64,000 nt of DNA, from positions 128,001 through 192,000 of the forward strand of contig JASFQK010000003.1 of NCBI GenBank assembly GCA_050115495.1, written 5' to 3'. Shown here piece by piece: positions 31,304-40,703 of this stretch (position 1 is the first letter of the stretch; every line of letters begins with the position of its first letter). The position numbers and the translations under genes are program-made. Below the pieces are notes generated by a model. That model saw only the letters and a list, made by a program, of their open reading frames with translations. It was not told the DNA's origin and ran no database searches. This DNA is from Phycisphaerae bacterium (GTDB taxonomy: Bacteria > Planctomycetota > Phycisphaerae > UBA1845 > Fen-1342).

Positions 31304-32578
31304 ATGGCCGACACCGACGTAGAAAAGCTGGAGCCGACAGCCGAGTCATTCCAAGACCATGCTACGTCTGTACTTAGAAGGATTCAGGGGGCGATAAGCC
31401 GGATCGTGGCGCTCCTGCACCCCGGCCCGGTTCGCCCGCGAGACGTCGCCCAACGCCTGAAGCTGGATAAGTCGCTGGCGTGGAAGGTGGCCCGCATCGC
31501 CCAGGCGCGTGACCCGCGCGACGTGATGGAGTACGTGCCTGGTTCCGGCGGGATCGAGATCGTCCTCTCCGCCGCCGAGAGCGCTGGCGTTGGGCGCGAG
31601 GTCATTGACAGCGCCCGGCAAGCGTTCCAGGACTTCGAGCGGATGATCGGCCAGCAGGCAAGCGATCGGGCGACGCTGGAACTCATGATCCGGGGGATGG
31701 GGGGGCCGGGCGAGCCGGTCGTGGATGAGACGCAGCGAAAGCTGTTGTACCACGGCAGCCGCGCTGTGTGGGGAACGCACACGCGCGTTCATATCAAGGC
31801 GGACTTTCTCGCGCCGAGTCAGCGTGCCGGGTTCTTCGACCTGGCGGTGCTGAGCGGTTTTGTCGACTTCGAACGCCTCCGACCGGGTGTGTTGTGGGCG
31901 TTCGCCCGAAAGCGGGTCACCGATGACGAGGGTTGCGCTCACGGGTACATGAAGGTCGAATCACTCGACCCGGCGTTCCCGGTGGCAGGCGGCGTGCCAC
32001 TGCTGGGCGATTTCTGCTCCGCGCCGGCGCGCGAGCTGCGGCCGTTTTTCGGGCCGGACGGTTCGACGAATTACGCGATTCCGGAAGGGCCCATCGGGCT
32101 GTCGGGGACGGTGACGTGCATGACTGGCGTCATCAGCCGCGAACTGGCCTCCTATTATCGCACTGCTGACAACACGTTTGGTGAGCACCTGCTGGAGCTA
32201 CGCACGCCGGCCGAACTCATGCTGTTTGACCTTTTCGTGCACAAGGACCTGCCCCTGTGCCTGCCGCCGGCGTTTGCGGTCTACGGCGAGTTGTGGAGCT
32301 GGCCGTCGACGCCGGCCAGCAGGGCGGCGATGGGGGCCTTGCCGATCACCGCGGCTGTTGAGTACCTCGGTAGTGGGCCGCCAACGGTGGACATCGTAGA
32401 GGTGCCGCGTTACCGGGAGATGGTCGACCAAGTCTTCGCCCGAGCCGGATGGGAGGCGAGGGACTTCCGGGCCTATCGTGTGCGGATGACCTACCCGCCG
32501 ATCCCTGCCATGGCCGTGTTGCACTTCGAATTGCCGGAGCCGCCGGCCCCGGCGAAGACGAGCGGTCGGCGGACCTGA
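31304..32578 (+). CDS. Hypothetical protein with N-terminal HTH-like segment (putative regulator)
   Basis: PRDVAQRLKLDKSLAWKVARI; divergent from the propeller gene across an AT-richer spacer. Confidence 0.6.
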   Translation: MADTDVEKLEPTAESFQDHATSVLRRIQGAISRIVALLHPGPVRPRDVAQRLKLDKSLAWKVARIAQARDPRDVMEYVPGSGGIEIVLSAAESAGVGREVIDSARQAFQDFERMIGQQASDRATLELMIRGMGGPGEPVVDETQRKLLYHGSRAVWGTHTRVHIKADFLAPSQRAGFFDLAVLSGFVDFERLRPGVLWAFARKRVTDDEGCAHGYMKVESLDPAFPVAGGVPLLGDFCSAPARELRPFFGPDGSTNYAIPEGPIGLSGTVTCMTGVISRELASYYRTADNTFGEHLLELRTPAELMLFDLFVHKDLPLCLPPAFAVYGELWSWPSTPASRAAMGALPITAAVEYLGSGPPTVDIVEVPRYREMVDQVFARAGWEARDFRAYRVRMTYPPIPAMAVLHFELPEPPAPAKTSGRRT

Positions 32579-32801
32579 TCCCCAGTCGCCAGCACCGAGG
32601 TGGCCTGAGCGGGAGCAAGGCGCGGGGGCAAACGCTCACCGAATGCGGAGAGCGCTTGTCGTCGAGTTGTGCTCGCCCAAGTGGGGACAGCACGTTGGCG
32701 CCGAATCGCCGCTTCAGCCACTTAACTCATTCCAGACTTCGCGGGGAATTGTAAATGCGGCCAGCCACGCGTAGCTTACAGTATCCTTGGAGGGCCAAAC
32801 G

Positions 32802-33005
32802 ATGATGCGTGGTCCTGCGACGTTTGTCCTCTTGTTGATCGTCGGCGCGATGTTGCTCATCGGCGGGATTCTGCTGCGCACCGGTTGCCGGTCGTCCGGC
32901 GGTCGTGACGGGGTACCCAAGTGCCGGCGGTGCGGTCACCGCAACGAGCCCGACGCCAGGTTCTGCGCCCGTTGTGGCGCCGAGCAGCAAGACAACAGCC
33001 GCTGA
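32802..33005 (+). CDS. Small membrane-anchored zinc-ribbon protein
   Basis: TM helix then CRRCGHRNEPDARFCARCG; GGAGG SD. Confidence 0.7.
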   Translation: MMRGPATFVLLLIVGAMLLIGGILLRTGCRSSGGRDGVPKCRRCGHRNEPDARFCARCGAEQQDNSR

Positions 33006-33084
33006 ACCCGACTGCGGGGGGCCACGTGTGCCCCGGTCGAGCCGCAGCGACATAACCAAGTCCGTTTGCGAAGGGAGAGTCACG

Positions 33085-34704
33085 ATGGCCGTTACTGCAC
33101 CGCCTGTCGACGACGCGGGCCGGCCGCGTCGCCACCCATCCCCGTCACGGTTCCCGCTTAGCGGGCCACTGGTTGTGCTGCTGCTGATTCCGCTGGTGGC
33201 CGCCCTGTTCGGCGGCTACGTCTGGTTCGTGCAGCGCGTCGAGGTTCCCGCCGGCCAGGTGCTGGTGCTGGTGCACAAGACCGGCCGCGAGCTGCCGGCG
33301 ACGAGCGTCGAAGGCGAGCCGCTGCCCGAGTCGGTCCGCCACCAGATGGTGCTTTATCCCGAGTTGCTGAAGGCACTCGGCGAGCCAGCGGACTCGACGG
33401 TCTATAAGGGCGTGATGTACGAGGTGCTGCCCGAAGGCCGGTATTTCCGCGACCCGTTCTTCTGGGCGCGGGAGCAGGTGCCGGCCGTGGTCATCGCTCA
33501 GGACGAGGTCGGCGTGCTGGTGCGACGGTACGGCAAGCCGCTGCCGCCGGGCAAGATCGTGGCGACCGAGCCGGACGAACGCGGCCCACTGGCCGACGTG
33601 CTGATGCCCGGCCGCTACAACATCAACCCGTACGCCTACGAAGTTCGGCGCGTGGCGCCGGTGACGGTGCCGCTCGGCTACGTCGGCGTGCAACGGCTCT
33701 ATCACGGCAAGGATCCGGCCAACCCGAACGACTGGACGGTGCAGCCGGGTGAGCGCGGCGTGCAGCCGGACGTGCTGCCGCCCGGGCTGTATTACAACAA
33801 CCCGTACGTGCGGCAGATCGACCCGATCGACGTGCGCAGCCACACGCTCGACCTGCACGACAAGGACGCGATCCGCTTCCCGTCGTTCGACAGCTTCGAC
33901 ATCGTGGTCGATGCGACGGTCGAGTACGCGATTCGCCAGGACATGGCACCGTATGTGATGGTGGCCATCGGCGGGCATTCGGACATCGAGGAAAAGCTGA
34001 TCCTGCCGTACGCGCGATCGCTCTCCCGCATTGAGGGCTCGAAGCTGCTGGCCCGCGAGTTCATCTCCGGCGATTCGCGCGAGGCGTTCCAGGCCGCGTT
34101 CTACGAGGGTCTGCACCGCCAGTGTGCAGCGCAGGGCATCGAGATCCGGGCCACGCCGATCCGGCGGATCGAACCGCCGGCGGCGATCGCCAACCCGATC
34201 AGCGACCGGCAATTGGCCGAGCAGCAGATTCACCAGTACGACAACGAGATCAAGGTCGCCGGCTCGCAGGCGCTGCTGGTCGAGCAGGAGGAAATGCAGA
34301 AGCAGAACCAGGCGATCGGCGAGGTCAACCGCGAGGTCGTGGCGTTGACGGTCGACGCCGAGCAGCGCAAGGCCGTCTCCCTGACTGAGGTCAACAAGCG
34401 GCTGGAGGTCGCCCGGCTGCACCTGGAGGCCGCTCGGGAGAACGCCGCCGCCCAACTGGCCCGCGGCGAGGCCGACGCCGAGGTCATCCTGCTCAAGTAC
34501 ACCGCCGAGGCCGAGCCGCTGCGCGACGCCATCGCGGCCTTCGGCAACGGCGACACGTACGCACAGTACTTCTTCTACCAGAAGCTCGGACCGGCGGTGA
34601 AATCTGTGCTGGCCAGCACCGACGGGCCGTTCGCCGACATCTTCCGGGCGCTGTCGCAGGCCCCGGTTGAGCCGGCCGCGCCGGCGGAAGGAGGTCAGCC
34701 ATGA
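33085..34704 (+). CDS. SPFH/band-7 domain protein A with triple N-terminal repeats
   Basis: TM helix; three repeats of the type xxGxxxxxLxPGxYxxNP; SPFH core (IRFPSFDSFDIVVDATVEY); coiled coil. Confidence 0.8.
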   Translation: MAVTAPPVDDAGRPRRHPSPSRFPLSGPLVVLLLIPLVAALFGGYVWFVQRVEVPAGQVLVLVHKTGRELPATSVEGEPLPESVRHQMVLYPELLKALGEPADSTVYKGVMYEVLPEGRYFRDPFFWAREQVPAVVIAQDEVGVLVRRYGKPLPPGKIVATEPDERGPLADVLMPGRYNINPYAYEVRRVAPVTVPLGYVGVQRLYHGKDPANPNDWTVQPGERGVQPDVLPPGLYYNNPYVRQIDPIDVRSHTLDLHDKDAIRFPSFDSFDIVVDATVEYAIRQDMAPYVMVAIGGHSDIEEKLILPYARSLSRIEGSKLLAREFISGDSREAFQAAFYEGLHRQCAAQGIEIRATPIRRIEPPAAIANPISDRQLAEQQIHQYDNEIKVAGSQALLVEQEEMQKQNQAIGEVNREVVALTVDAEQRKAVSLTEVNKRLEVARLHLEAARENAAAQLARGEADAEVILLKYTAEAEPLRDAIAAFGNGDTYAQYFFYQKLGPAVKSVLASTDGPFADIFRALSQAPVEPAAPAEGGQP

Positions 34705-36365
34705 AGCTCACCCGCGTCATAACGATCGTGGTCGGCGCCGGCCTCATTCTGGTCGCCGTCGGCATGGGGTTCGTGTGGGGCGTCTGCCGGGTGTACGTGG
34801 GCCCGGACGAGTGCCTGGTGCTGATCCGCAAGAACGGGGCGCCGCTGCCCGCCGGGCAGTTGATCGCCGAGCCGGGGCAACGCGGCATTCAGCGCGAGGC
34901 CCTCGGTCCCGGCCGCTATTTCCTCAACCCGTGGAAATGGGACACCGAGGTCGTTCCGGCGATCGAGATTTCCGCGGGCGATCCGGCGACGTGGCGCGAG
35001 GTATGGGCCGCCGGGGAGGCCGACTACGGCGTACCGCGGATGGACGGCAAGTGGCCCGAGGTGGGACTGGTCACCAGCCTAGCGGGCCAGCCGTGGACGA
35101 AGGAGAGCGAGGTCGTCGACGAGGGTTTCCAGGGCATTCAGCGCAAGGTGCTCACGCCCGGCACGTATCGGCTGAACCCGCGGGCGTACAAGGTGGACCG
35201 TGTCCCGGCGACGCTCGTGCCGCTCGGTTGCATCGGCGTGGTTACCTCGCGGCTCGGCGACATGCCGGGGACGGAGACAATCAGCGAGGTCAGCATCGGT
35301 CCCGACGGCGAGCCGCAGGAGCGTCCGCGCGTCGTGCAGAAGCTGGCCGAAGAGGGACAGCGCGGCGTGCTGCGTAACGTCCTCCAGCCCGGCATCTACT
35401 ACCTCAATCCGAAGGTGTACAAGGTCGATATCGTGCAGATCGGCTTCAACCAGCTCTCGCAGTTCCGCAGCGAAGACCTCGGTACAAACATCTCCTTCCC
35501 GTCGGAGGACGGCTTCACCATCGGCGTCGAGGTTACGGTCGTCTGGGGGCGGCATCCGGCGCATACGCCGGAGATGATCAGCCGCATGGGCGACGTCGCC
35601 AAGATCCGCCAGATCATCCTCGGCCAGATCCGCAGCATCTGCCGCAACATCGGCTCGAAGTACAAGAGCACCGATTTCATTCAGGGTGAGAAGCGCGAGC
35701 AGTATCAGCAAAGCGTCACGCAGACGCTGCAACGCGTCTGCCGCGAGCGCGACATCGAAGTGCTTATCGCCCTGATCCAGAACATCGAGGTCTCCGGCGG
35801 AACGGCGCCGGGTGGTGCCGGGCTGGACCTGAAGCAGACCATCCAGCGTGGCTACATCGCCGCCGAGGAGGACCTGACCAAGCAGGCCCAGCGGGAGACG
35901 GCGAAGGTGCGAGCCGACCTGGAGACGGCGCAGGTGGACATCGAGGTGGCCCGCGAGCGGATCACCGCCGATACGCGCAAGAAGGTCGCCGAACTGAAGG
36001 CCGAGGGTCAGAAGAAGGCCGAGGAGATCGACGCGCAGCGTGACCTCGAAGTGGCCCAGATCGAGCGGCAGATCGCCGAGCTGGAGGCGGAGACGACGCG
36101 TGTGCTCGGCAAGGCCGAGGCCGACGTGGAGCGTCTGGCGCACCAGGCGGACGCCGATGGTCAGCGCATGATGATCGGGGCCTTCGGCAGTGGCCGGGCG
36201 TTCAACCTGTACACGTTCGCCCAGAACTTTGCGCCGGAGAGTATCCGCCTGATCTTCGCCGGCGAGGGCACGTTCTGGACGGACCTGAACCGGCTCCAGG
36301 ACGCGGCCGGGTTGGAGCTGCTGCGCAACAGCGCCGCGCCGCCGGCACCTGCGCCGGCGCCATAG
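34701..36365 (+). CDS. SPFH/band-7 domain protein B, paralogue of A
   Basis: ATGA overlap; same three repeats; ISFPSEDGFTIGVEVTVVW; long A/E/K coiled coil. Confidence 0.8.
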   Translation: MKLTRVITIVVGAGLILVAVGMGFVWGVCRVYVGPDECLVLIRKNGAPLPAGQLIAEPGQRGIQREALGPGRYFLNPWKWDTEVVPAIEISAGDPATWREVWAAGEADYGVPRMDGKWPEVGLVTSLAGQPWTKESEVVDEGFQGIQRKVLTPGTYRLNPRAYKVDRVPATLVPLGCIGVVTSRLGDMPGTETISEVSIGPDGEPQERPRVVQKLAEEGQRGVLRNVLQPGIYYLNPKVYKVDIVQIGFNQLSQFRSEDLGTNISFPSEDGFTIGVEVTVVWGRHPAHTPEMISRMGDVAKIRQIILGQIRSICRNIGSKYKSTDFIQGEKREQYQQSVTQTLQRVCRERDIEVLIALIQNIEVSGGTAPGGAGLDLKQTIQRGYIAAEEDLTKQAQRETAKVRADLETAQVDIEVARERITADTRKKVAELKAEGQKKAEEIDAQRDLEVAQIERQIAELEAETTRVLGKAEADVERLAHQADADGQRMMIGAFGSGRAFNLYTFAQNFAPESIRLIFAGEGTFWTDLNRLQDAAGLELLRNSAAPPAPAPAP

Positions 36366-36432
36366 GCAACCGGCAACGTGGCCGTTGCCGCCCGGGGCCA
36401 GAGGGGGGGGCGGTGCGGGCCAGAGAGAAGAT

Positions 36433-36476
36433 GGAGACGTTCTGCGTAGCGGCGGCCGAGAGGGCAGAACGTCTCC
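36433..36476 (+). terminator. Hairpin after the SPFH operon
   Basis: GGAGACGTTCTGC / GCAGAACGTCTCC, 13-bp stem, then a pyrimidine tract. Confidence 0.5.
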
Positions 36477-36539
36477 CTCTTCCGCCTTCCTGAAAGTGTT
36501 GCTCGGTTGCTGAGGGCGTTGTGCGAAGGAGGCCTCGGC

Positions 36540-36935
36540 GTGCGGAAGACGAAAGCAAGACGCGTGCTCGCTATCGTGTTCGCGGTTGTTGCTGTCGGAG
36601 TGGTTGCGGTTATTGCCAAGTGGGACGCCATGATGGTGGAGTACCATGCGTGGCGGTTGCGCCAATCCAACGACTGCTGCATGGTGCACTATGGAGAACT
36701 GCGGCGCCTAGCTCAACCGAGTGCGAATGTAGAGGTCAACTGCGCGGGTGCGGTGCCAGAAAGCGTAGTTGCGGATCGTGATCGACAGTCGGAAGAAACG
36801 AGGACTGTGGGCGCGTATGCATGCATCGAATTCCTGTATGACGACCCTCACGAGGGTTGGGTGCGCTACATCGCGGTGGCACGCAGGAATGCCGCGGGCG
36901 TGTATACTGTGTTCTGGTATGCGACGAAGTACTGA
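36540..36935 (+). CDS. Hypothetical exported protein (atypical codon use)
   Basis: GTG with GGAGG SD; N-terminal TM; visibly lower GC than neighbours. Confidence 0.5.
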   Translation: MRKTKARRVLAIVFAVVAVGVVAVIAKWDAMMVEYHAWRLRQSNDCCMVHYGELRRLAQPSANVEVNCAGAVPESVVADRDRQSEETRTVGAYACIEFLYDDPHEGWVRYIAVARRNAAGVYTVFWYATKY

Positions 36936-37080
36936 CGATAGGGCACATGAACTTCGACATCAGCTCCTTCCTCGCGCTGCTGGAGGCCGAGTATGACATC
37001 CTCGGCCGGCGGATCGAGGCACACGATTGGACCGCCGACGGCGCCGGCACTTGCGCCGGCGCCGTGGGCGGTTGGCGGGG

Positions 37081-37635
37081 TTACTGCACGATGTAGAAGC
37101 CGCGGGCGGTGAGGATGAGCGTGCCGTCCTGGTCGACGCTCGCGACCGTGGCGGCGACGACGACTTCCGCGCCCGGCACCAGTCCGTGCTCGCCGTTCAG
37201 GTCGAGTCGCAGCGGGCGGCCGTCCTTGTCATTGACCTGGACCGTCGCCGTGCTGGCCAGGACGTCCTCACGCGGTTCGCAGCAGTAGTCCCACGGCGTG
37301 GGGCAGCCGTTGCCGTGCTTCTCCTGACAGGTCGGCAGGGCGCGGTCCACGAGCAGGAACATGGCGCTGCCCTGGACGAACGGGTCCTTCCGGCCGCCGA
37401 TGCGACCGCGCACCGTCAACTCCTGACCGGCCTTCGCCTGGGCCTTGGCCGCACGGACGCCGACGGCATCGGCGGGCTCGGCGGCGAGGAAGAGATCGGC
37501 TGGCAGGGCGGCGGCCGCGGTAGTGTCTTTCGACGCCGACTCGCCGGCAGCGGGGGGCTTTGCGTCACAGCCGCCGAGGGCGACGACGGCCAACAGGGGG
37601 AGGGAGAAACCGAACAGCTTTCGCAACGTTTGCAT
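37081..37635 (-). CDS. Cys-containing lipoprotein, probable OB-fold
   Basis: Lipobox ALGGC; LTVRGRIGG; CQEKHGNGCPTPWDYCC; last gene of the ABC operon. Confidence 0.75.
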   Translation of the reverse strand: MQTLRKLFGFSLPLLAVVALGGCDAKPPAAGESASKDTTAAAALPADLFLAAEPADAVGVRAAKAQAKAGQELTVRGRIGGRKDPFVQGSAMFLLVDRALPTCQEKHGNGCPTPWDYCCEPREDVLASTATVQVNDKDGRPLRLDLNGEHGLVPGAEVVVAATVASVDQDGTLILTARGFYIVQ

Positions 37636-37655
37636 AATCACGAGTACTCCTTTCG

Positions 37656-38825
37656 TTAAGCGGTTCGCAGAGCTTCGACGATGGGCAGGCGCAGGCAGCG
37701 CCACAGCGGCGGGAGGATGCCCAGCATGGCCATGGCCACGCCGGCGATCAGCCCACCCAACAACACAACGGCATCGATGTTGAGGGCGAAGGCCCCCATC
37801 GAGAAACGGACGGCGATCCCGTCCAGCAACACCAGGCAGACCGCACAGGCCACGAGTCCGCCGGCGGCGGTGGCCAGCAGCGATTCCTGGAGAAAGCTGA
37901 CGACGATCGACGCCCGCGAGAAACCGAGCGTTTGCAGCGTTCCCAACTCGCGGACACGCGAGGCGAACGCCGCGTACATGGTGTTCAGTCCGCCGAACAG
38001 CCCGCCCAGGGCGACGAGCAGCACCGTGCCCCAGACCATCGCCCGTACCGGCTGGTAGAAGCGGGCGAGGCTGGCGTAGTAGTCCGACTCGCGGACGGCG
38101 GCGAGCTCGAGGTCCAGTCGCCGGGCGGTGAAGATCGCCACGTCCTCGTACGTCGCGCCGCCCAGCGTGAGGACGACGCAGGAGATGCTGTTCTCCCGGC
38201 GGGTGGCGATTTGCAGGTCGACCAGCGGGCACCAGATCTCCGCGTCCATGACGGTCTGCGGCGCCTCGAAGCGGCCGACAATCGTCCAGTCGCGGTTGTC
38301 GAACCAGAGCGTGTGCCCGACGGCCAGCGTCTCCGGCGACACGCCCAATCGCGTCGCCGCCAGCCGCCCGACGAGCAGCTCGTTGTAGCCTGGACGCGGG
38401 GCCCGGCCCTCGACGATGCGCACCTGCGGGTGGACGAGGAATGCGGTCGGCGTCACGCCGCGCAGCACCGCCGGCAGCTCTTGCGCTGCGTCGCGGTCGG
38501 CCTTGAGCACGAGGGCCATGTGGACTTCGGGGGATACGTATTGCACGCCGAGCCGCTCGCGGATACCGGGTACGCTGGCGGCGACGAGGCCGGCGACCTG
38601 CGGGCCGATCTGGCTGCGCTCGACGCTCTCTTCGCTGCCGGCACCGAGCAGCATGACGTTGTCGGGGTTGCCGCTGACGGCCAGGCTGCGCTGCATGCCG
38701 CGGACGAACCCGCCGGCGGCGAGCACGAGGGCGACGACGAGGGCACTGCCGACGACGGCGGCGATGAGCCGCGACCGCGAACGGCCGAGATTGCGGACAG
38801 CGTAGTCAAACGGTAGTAGTCGCAT
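37656..38825 (-). CDS. ABC transporter permease (FtsX/MacB type)
   Basis: YAVRNLGR..., NTMYAAFASRVRELGTLQTLGFS. Confidence 0.9.
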   Translation of the reverse strand: MRLLPFDYAVRNLGRSRSRLIAAVVGSALVVALVLAAGGFVRGMQRSLAVSGNPDNVMLLGAGSEESVERSQIGPQVAGLVAASVPGIRERLGVQYVSPEVHMALVLKADRDAAQELPAVLRGVTPTAFLVHPQVRIVEGRAPRPGYNELLVGRLAATRLGVSPETLAVGHTLWFDNRDWTIVGRFEAPQTVMDAEIWCPLVDLQIATRRENSISCVVLTLGGATYEDVAIFTARRLDLELAAVRESDYYASLARFYQPVRAMVWGTVLLVALGGLFGGLNTMYAAFASRVRELGTLQTLGFSRASIVVSFLQESLLATAAGGLVACAVCLVLLDGIAVRFSMGAFALNIDAVVLLGGLIAGVAMAMLGILPPLWRCLRLPIVEALRTA

Positions 38826-38846
38826 GCGCTTCTCCTCAATCTCGCC

Positions 38847-40001
38847 TTAGACGGCGCGGAAACAGGTCACGATCTCACGCCGGGAGGCCTGCCACGCCGG
38901 CACGAGACCGGCCACGACGCCCAGCAGTCCCGCCAGGGCGAGGCCGTGGACGAACAGCCCCGGCGTCGAGGCAAACGGGATGCTCAGGCCGTCGACCGAG
39001 AGGGCCATCCCGCCGCGGGAGAGCACCCACAGGGCCAGTCCGCTGCCGATGGCACCGCCCACGAGGCTGATGGCCAGGCCCTCGGTGATGATGAGCCGGG
39101 CGATCAGGCCGCCGCGATAGCCGAGCGTTTGCAGGATGGCGTGATCGCGGATGCGTTCCTGCACGGCGAGCACGATGGCGTTGCCGATGAGGGCCAGCAC
39201 CGCCGCCAGACAGCCCCAGCCGAGCCAGCGCATGAAGCCGACGATCTCGACGACGTCCGACGCCGCCCGGGCGACGAACGCCTTCTCGGGGCTGGTATGC
39301 GTCGGTTCCTGGTCGGCGGCGAAGAGCTCGTCGATGGCCCGGGACACCGGTTCGAGTTGGGCGGGCTCGGTCACCTTGACGTTGAACTGCGTGACGATGC
39401 CGCCGGAACGGCTGCCCGAGGCGAACTGGAGGAAATCCAGGTGGACGTAGGCGACGTTCTGGTCCTGCGTTTCGTCGGAGTGGATGACGCCGGCGACGTA
39501 GACGGTGATGCCCGCCGCCTCGAAGCGGTCGCCGGCCTTGAGCCCGCGTCGCTGGGCGAGCGTTTCGCCGAGCAGGGCGGCGTCGCTGCGCCGTTCCCAT
39601 TCGTGCAGTGTGTCGGCGGGGACGTTGAGCCGGGGGGCGATGCCCTGAAGGAAATCGTCCTTCGGCACGCCGCGGAAGGTGACGACGTCGAGGCTCGTCC
39701 GGCAGTTGCTGACGACGATCTTGATGGGGACGACGCTTTCGACGCCGGGCAGCCGGGCGATCTGGCTGAGATACGATTCGGGCAGCCGGCTGGCGAAGGG
39801 GCAGAAGCGGTCCTTGCGGTAGACGACGAGCGTGGTGTCCGTCGCGTTCGTGACGGTGGCCGCCGTGACGCCGTCCTGCATGGCCTGCACGACGGCGAAG
39901 AGGAACATGGCAGTGGCCACGCCGCTGAGCGTGAGGAGACTGCGCACGCGGTGCCGGAAGACCTGCTTGAGCACCAGCGGTAGGAACTTGGGGCCAACCA
40001 T
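38847..40001 (-). CDS. ABC transporter permease (FtsX/MacB type)
   Basis: RHRVRSLLT..., VQERIRDHAILQTLGY, PAWQASR. Confidence 0.9.
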   Translation of the reverse strand: MVGPKFLPLVLKQVFRHRVRSLLTLSGVATAMFLFAVVQAMQDGVTAATVTNATDTTLVVYRKDRFCPFASRLPESYLSQIARLPGVESVVPIKIVVSNCRTSLDVVTFRGVPKDDFLQGIAPRLNVPADTLHEWERRSDAALLGETLAQRRGLKAGDRFEAAGITVYVAGVIHSDETQDQNVAYVHLDFLQFASGSRSGGIVTQFNVKVTEPAQLEPVSRAIDELFAADQEPTHTSPEKAFVARAASDVVEIVGFMRWLGWGCLAAVLALIGNAIVLAVQERIRDHAILQTLGYRGGLIARLIITEGLAISLVGGAIGSGLALWVLSRGGMALSVDGLSIPFASTPGLFVHGLALAGLLGVVAGLVPAWQASRREIVTCFRAV

Positions 40002-40004
40002 GAT

Positions 40005-40703
40005 TCACGCTCCTGCGACGGCCATTGCCGCCGCGTCGACCAGGGCACCTTTCTCCAGGTGCAGGATGCGTGCGGCCCGTTCCGCGCAGTGGGCATCGTG
40101 CGTCACCATGATCAGCGTCTTGCCCAGCTCTTCATTGAGCCGGGCGAGGAGAGCGAGGATCGACTCGGCGGCGGTGGCGTCGAGATCGCCTGTGGGCTCA
40201 TCAGCGACGATGATCCGCGGGTCGGTGACGATGGCCCGGGCGATGGCGACGCGCTGCTCCTGTCCGCCGCTGAGCTGCCGCGGGAAGTGATCGTGGCGGT
40301 CCGCGAGGCCGACGAGGTCGAGGGCCAGGGCGACCTTGCGGTGGCGCTGCTTCCGCGAGAGGCGGTGCAGCAGCAGCGGCAGCTCGATGTTCTCGTAGGC
40401 CGTTAGCGTCGGCACGAGGTTGTAGAGCTGGAAGATGTAGCCGATGTACTCGGCCCGCCAGGCGGCGAGCGCCCGCCGGGAGAGCGTGCTGACTTCACCG
40501 CCGTCGATGCGCAGGCTGCCTGAGGTGGGGCGGTCGATGCCGGCGATCAGGTTGAGCAGCGTGGATTTGCCGCTGCCCGAGGGTCCCATGAGGGCCAGGA
40601 ACTCGCCTTCGACCACGTCGAGGTCGAGGTTGGCCAGGGGCGTGACCTCGACGTCACCCTTGTGGTACGTGCGGGTCAGTTTGCGGCATTCAATCAGTGC
40701 CAT
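40005..40703 (-). CDS. ABC transporter ATP-binding protein (LolD/MacB type)
   Basis: GPSGSGKS, LSGGQEQRV, ADEPTG, VTHD. Confidence 0.95.
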   Translation of the reverse strand: MALIECRKLTRTYHKGDVEVTPLANLDLDVVEGEFLALMGPSGSGKSTLLNLIAGIDRPTSGSLRIDGGEVSTLSRRALAAWRAEYIGYIFQLYNLVPTLTAYENIELPLLLHRLSRKQRHRKVALALDLVGLADRHDHFPRQLSGGQEQRVAIARAIVTDPRIIVADEPTGDLDATAAESILALLARLNEELGKTLIMVTHDAHCAERAARILHLEKGALVDAAAMAVAGA

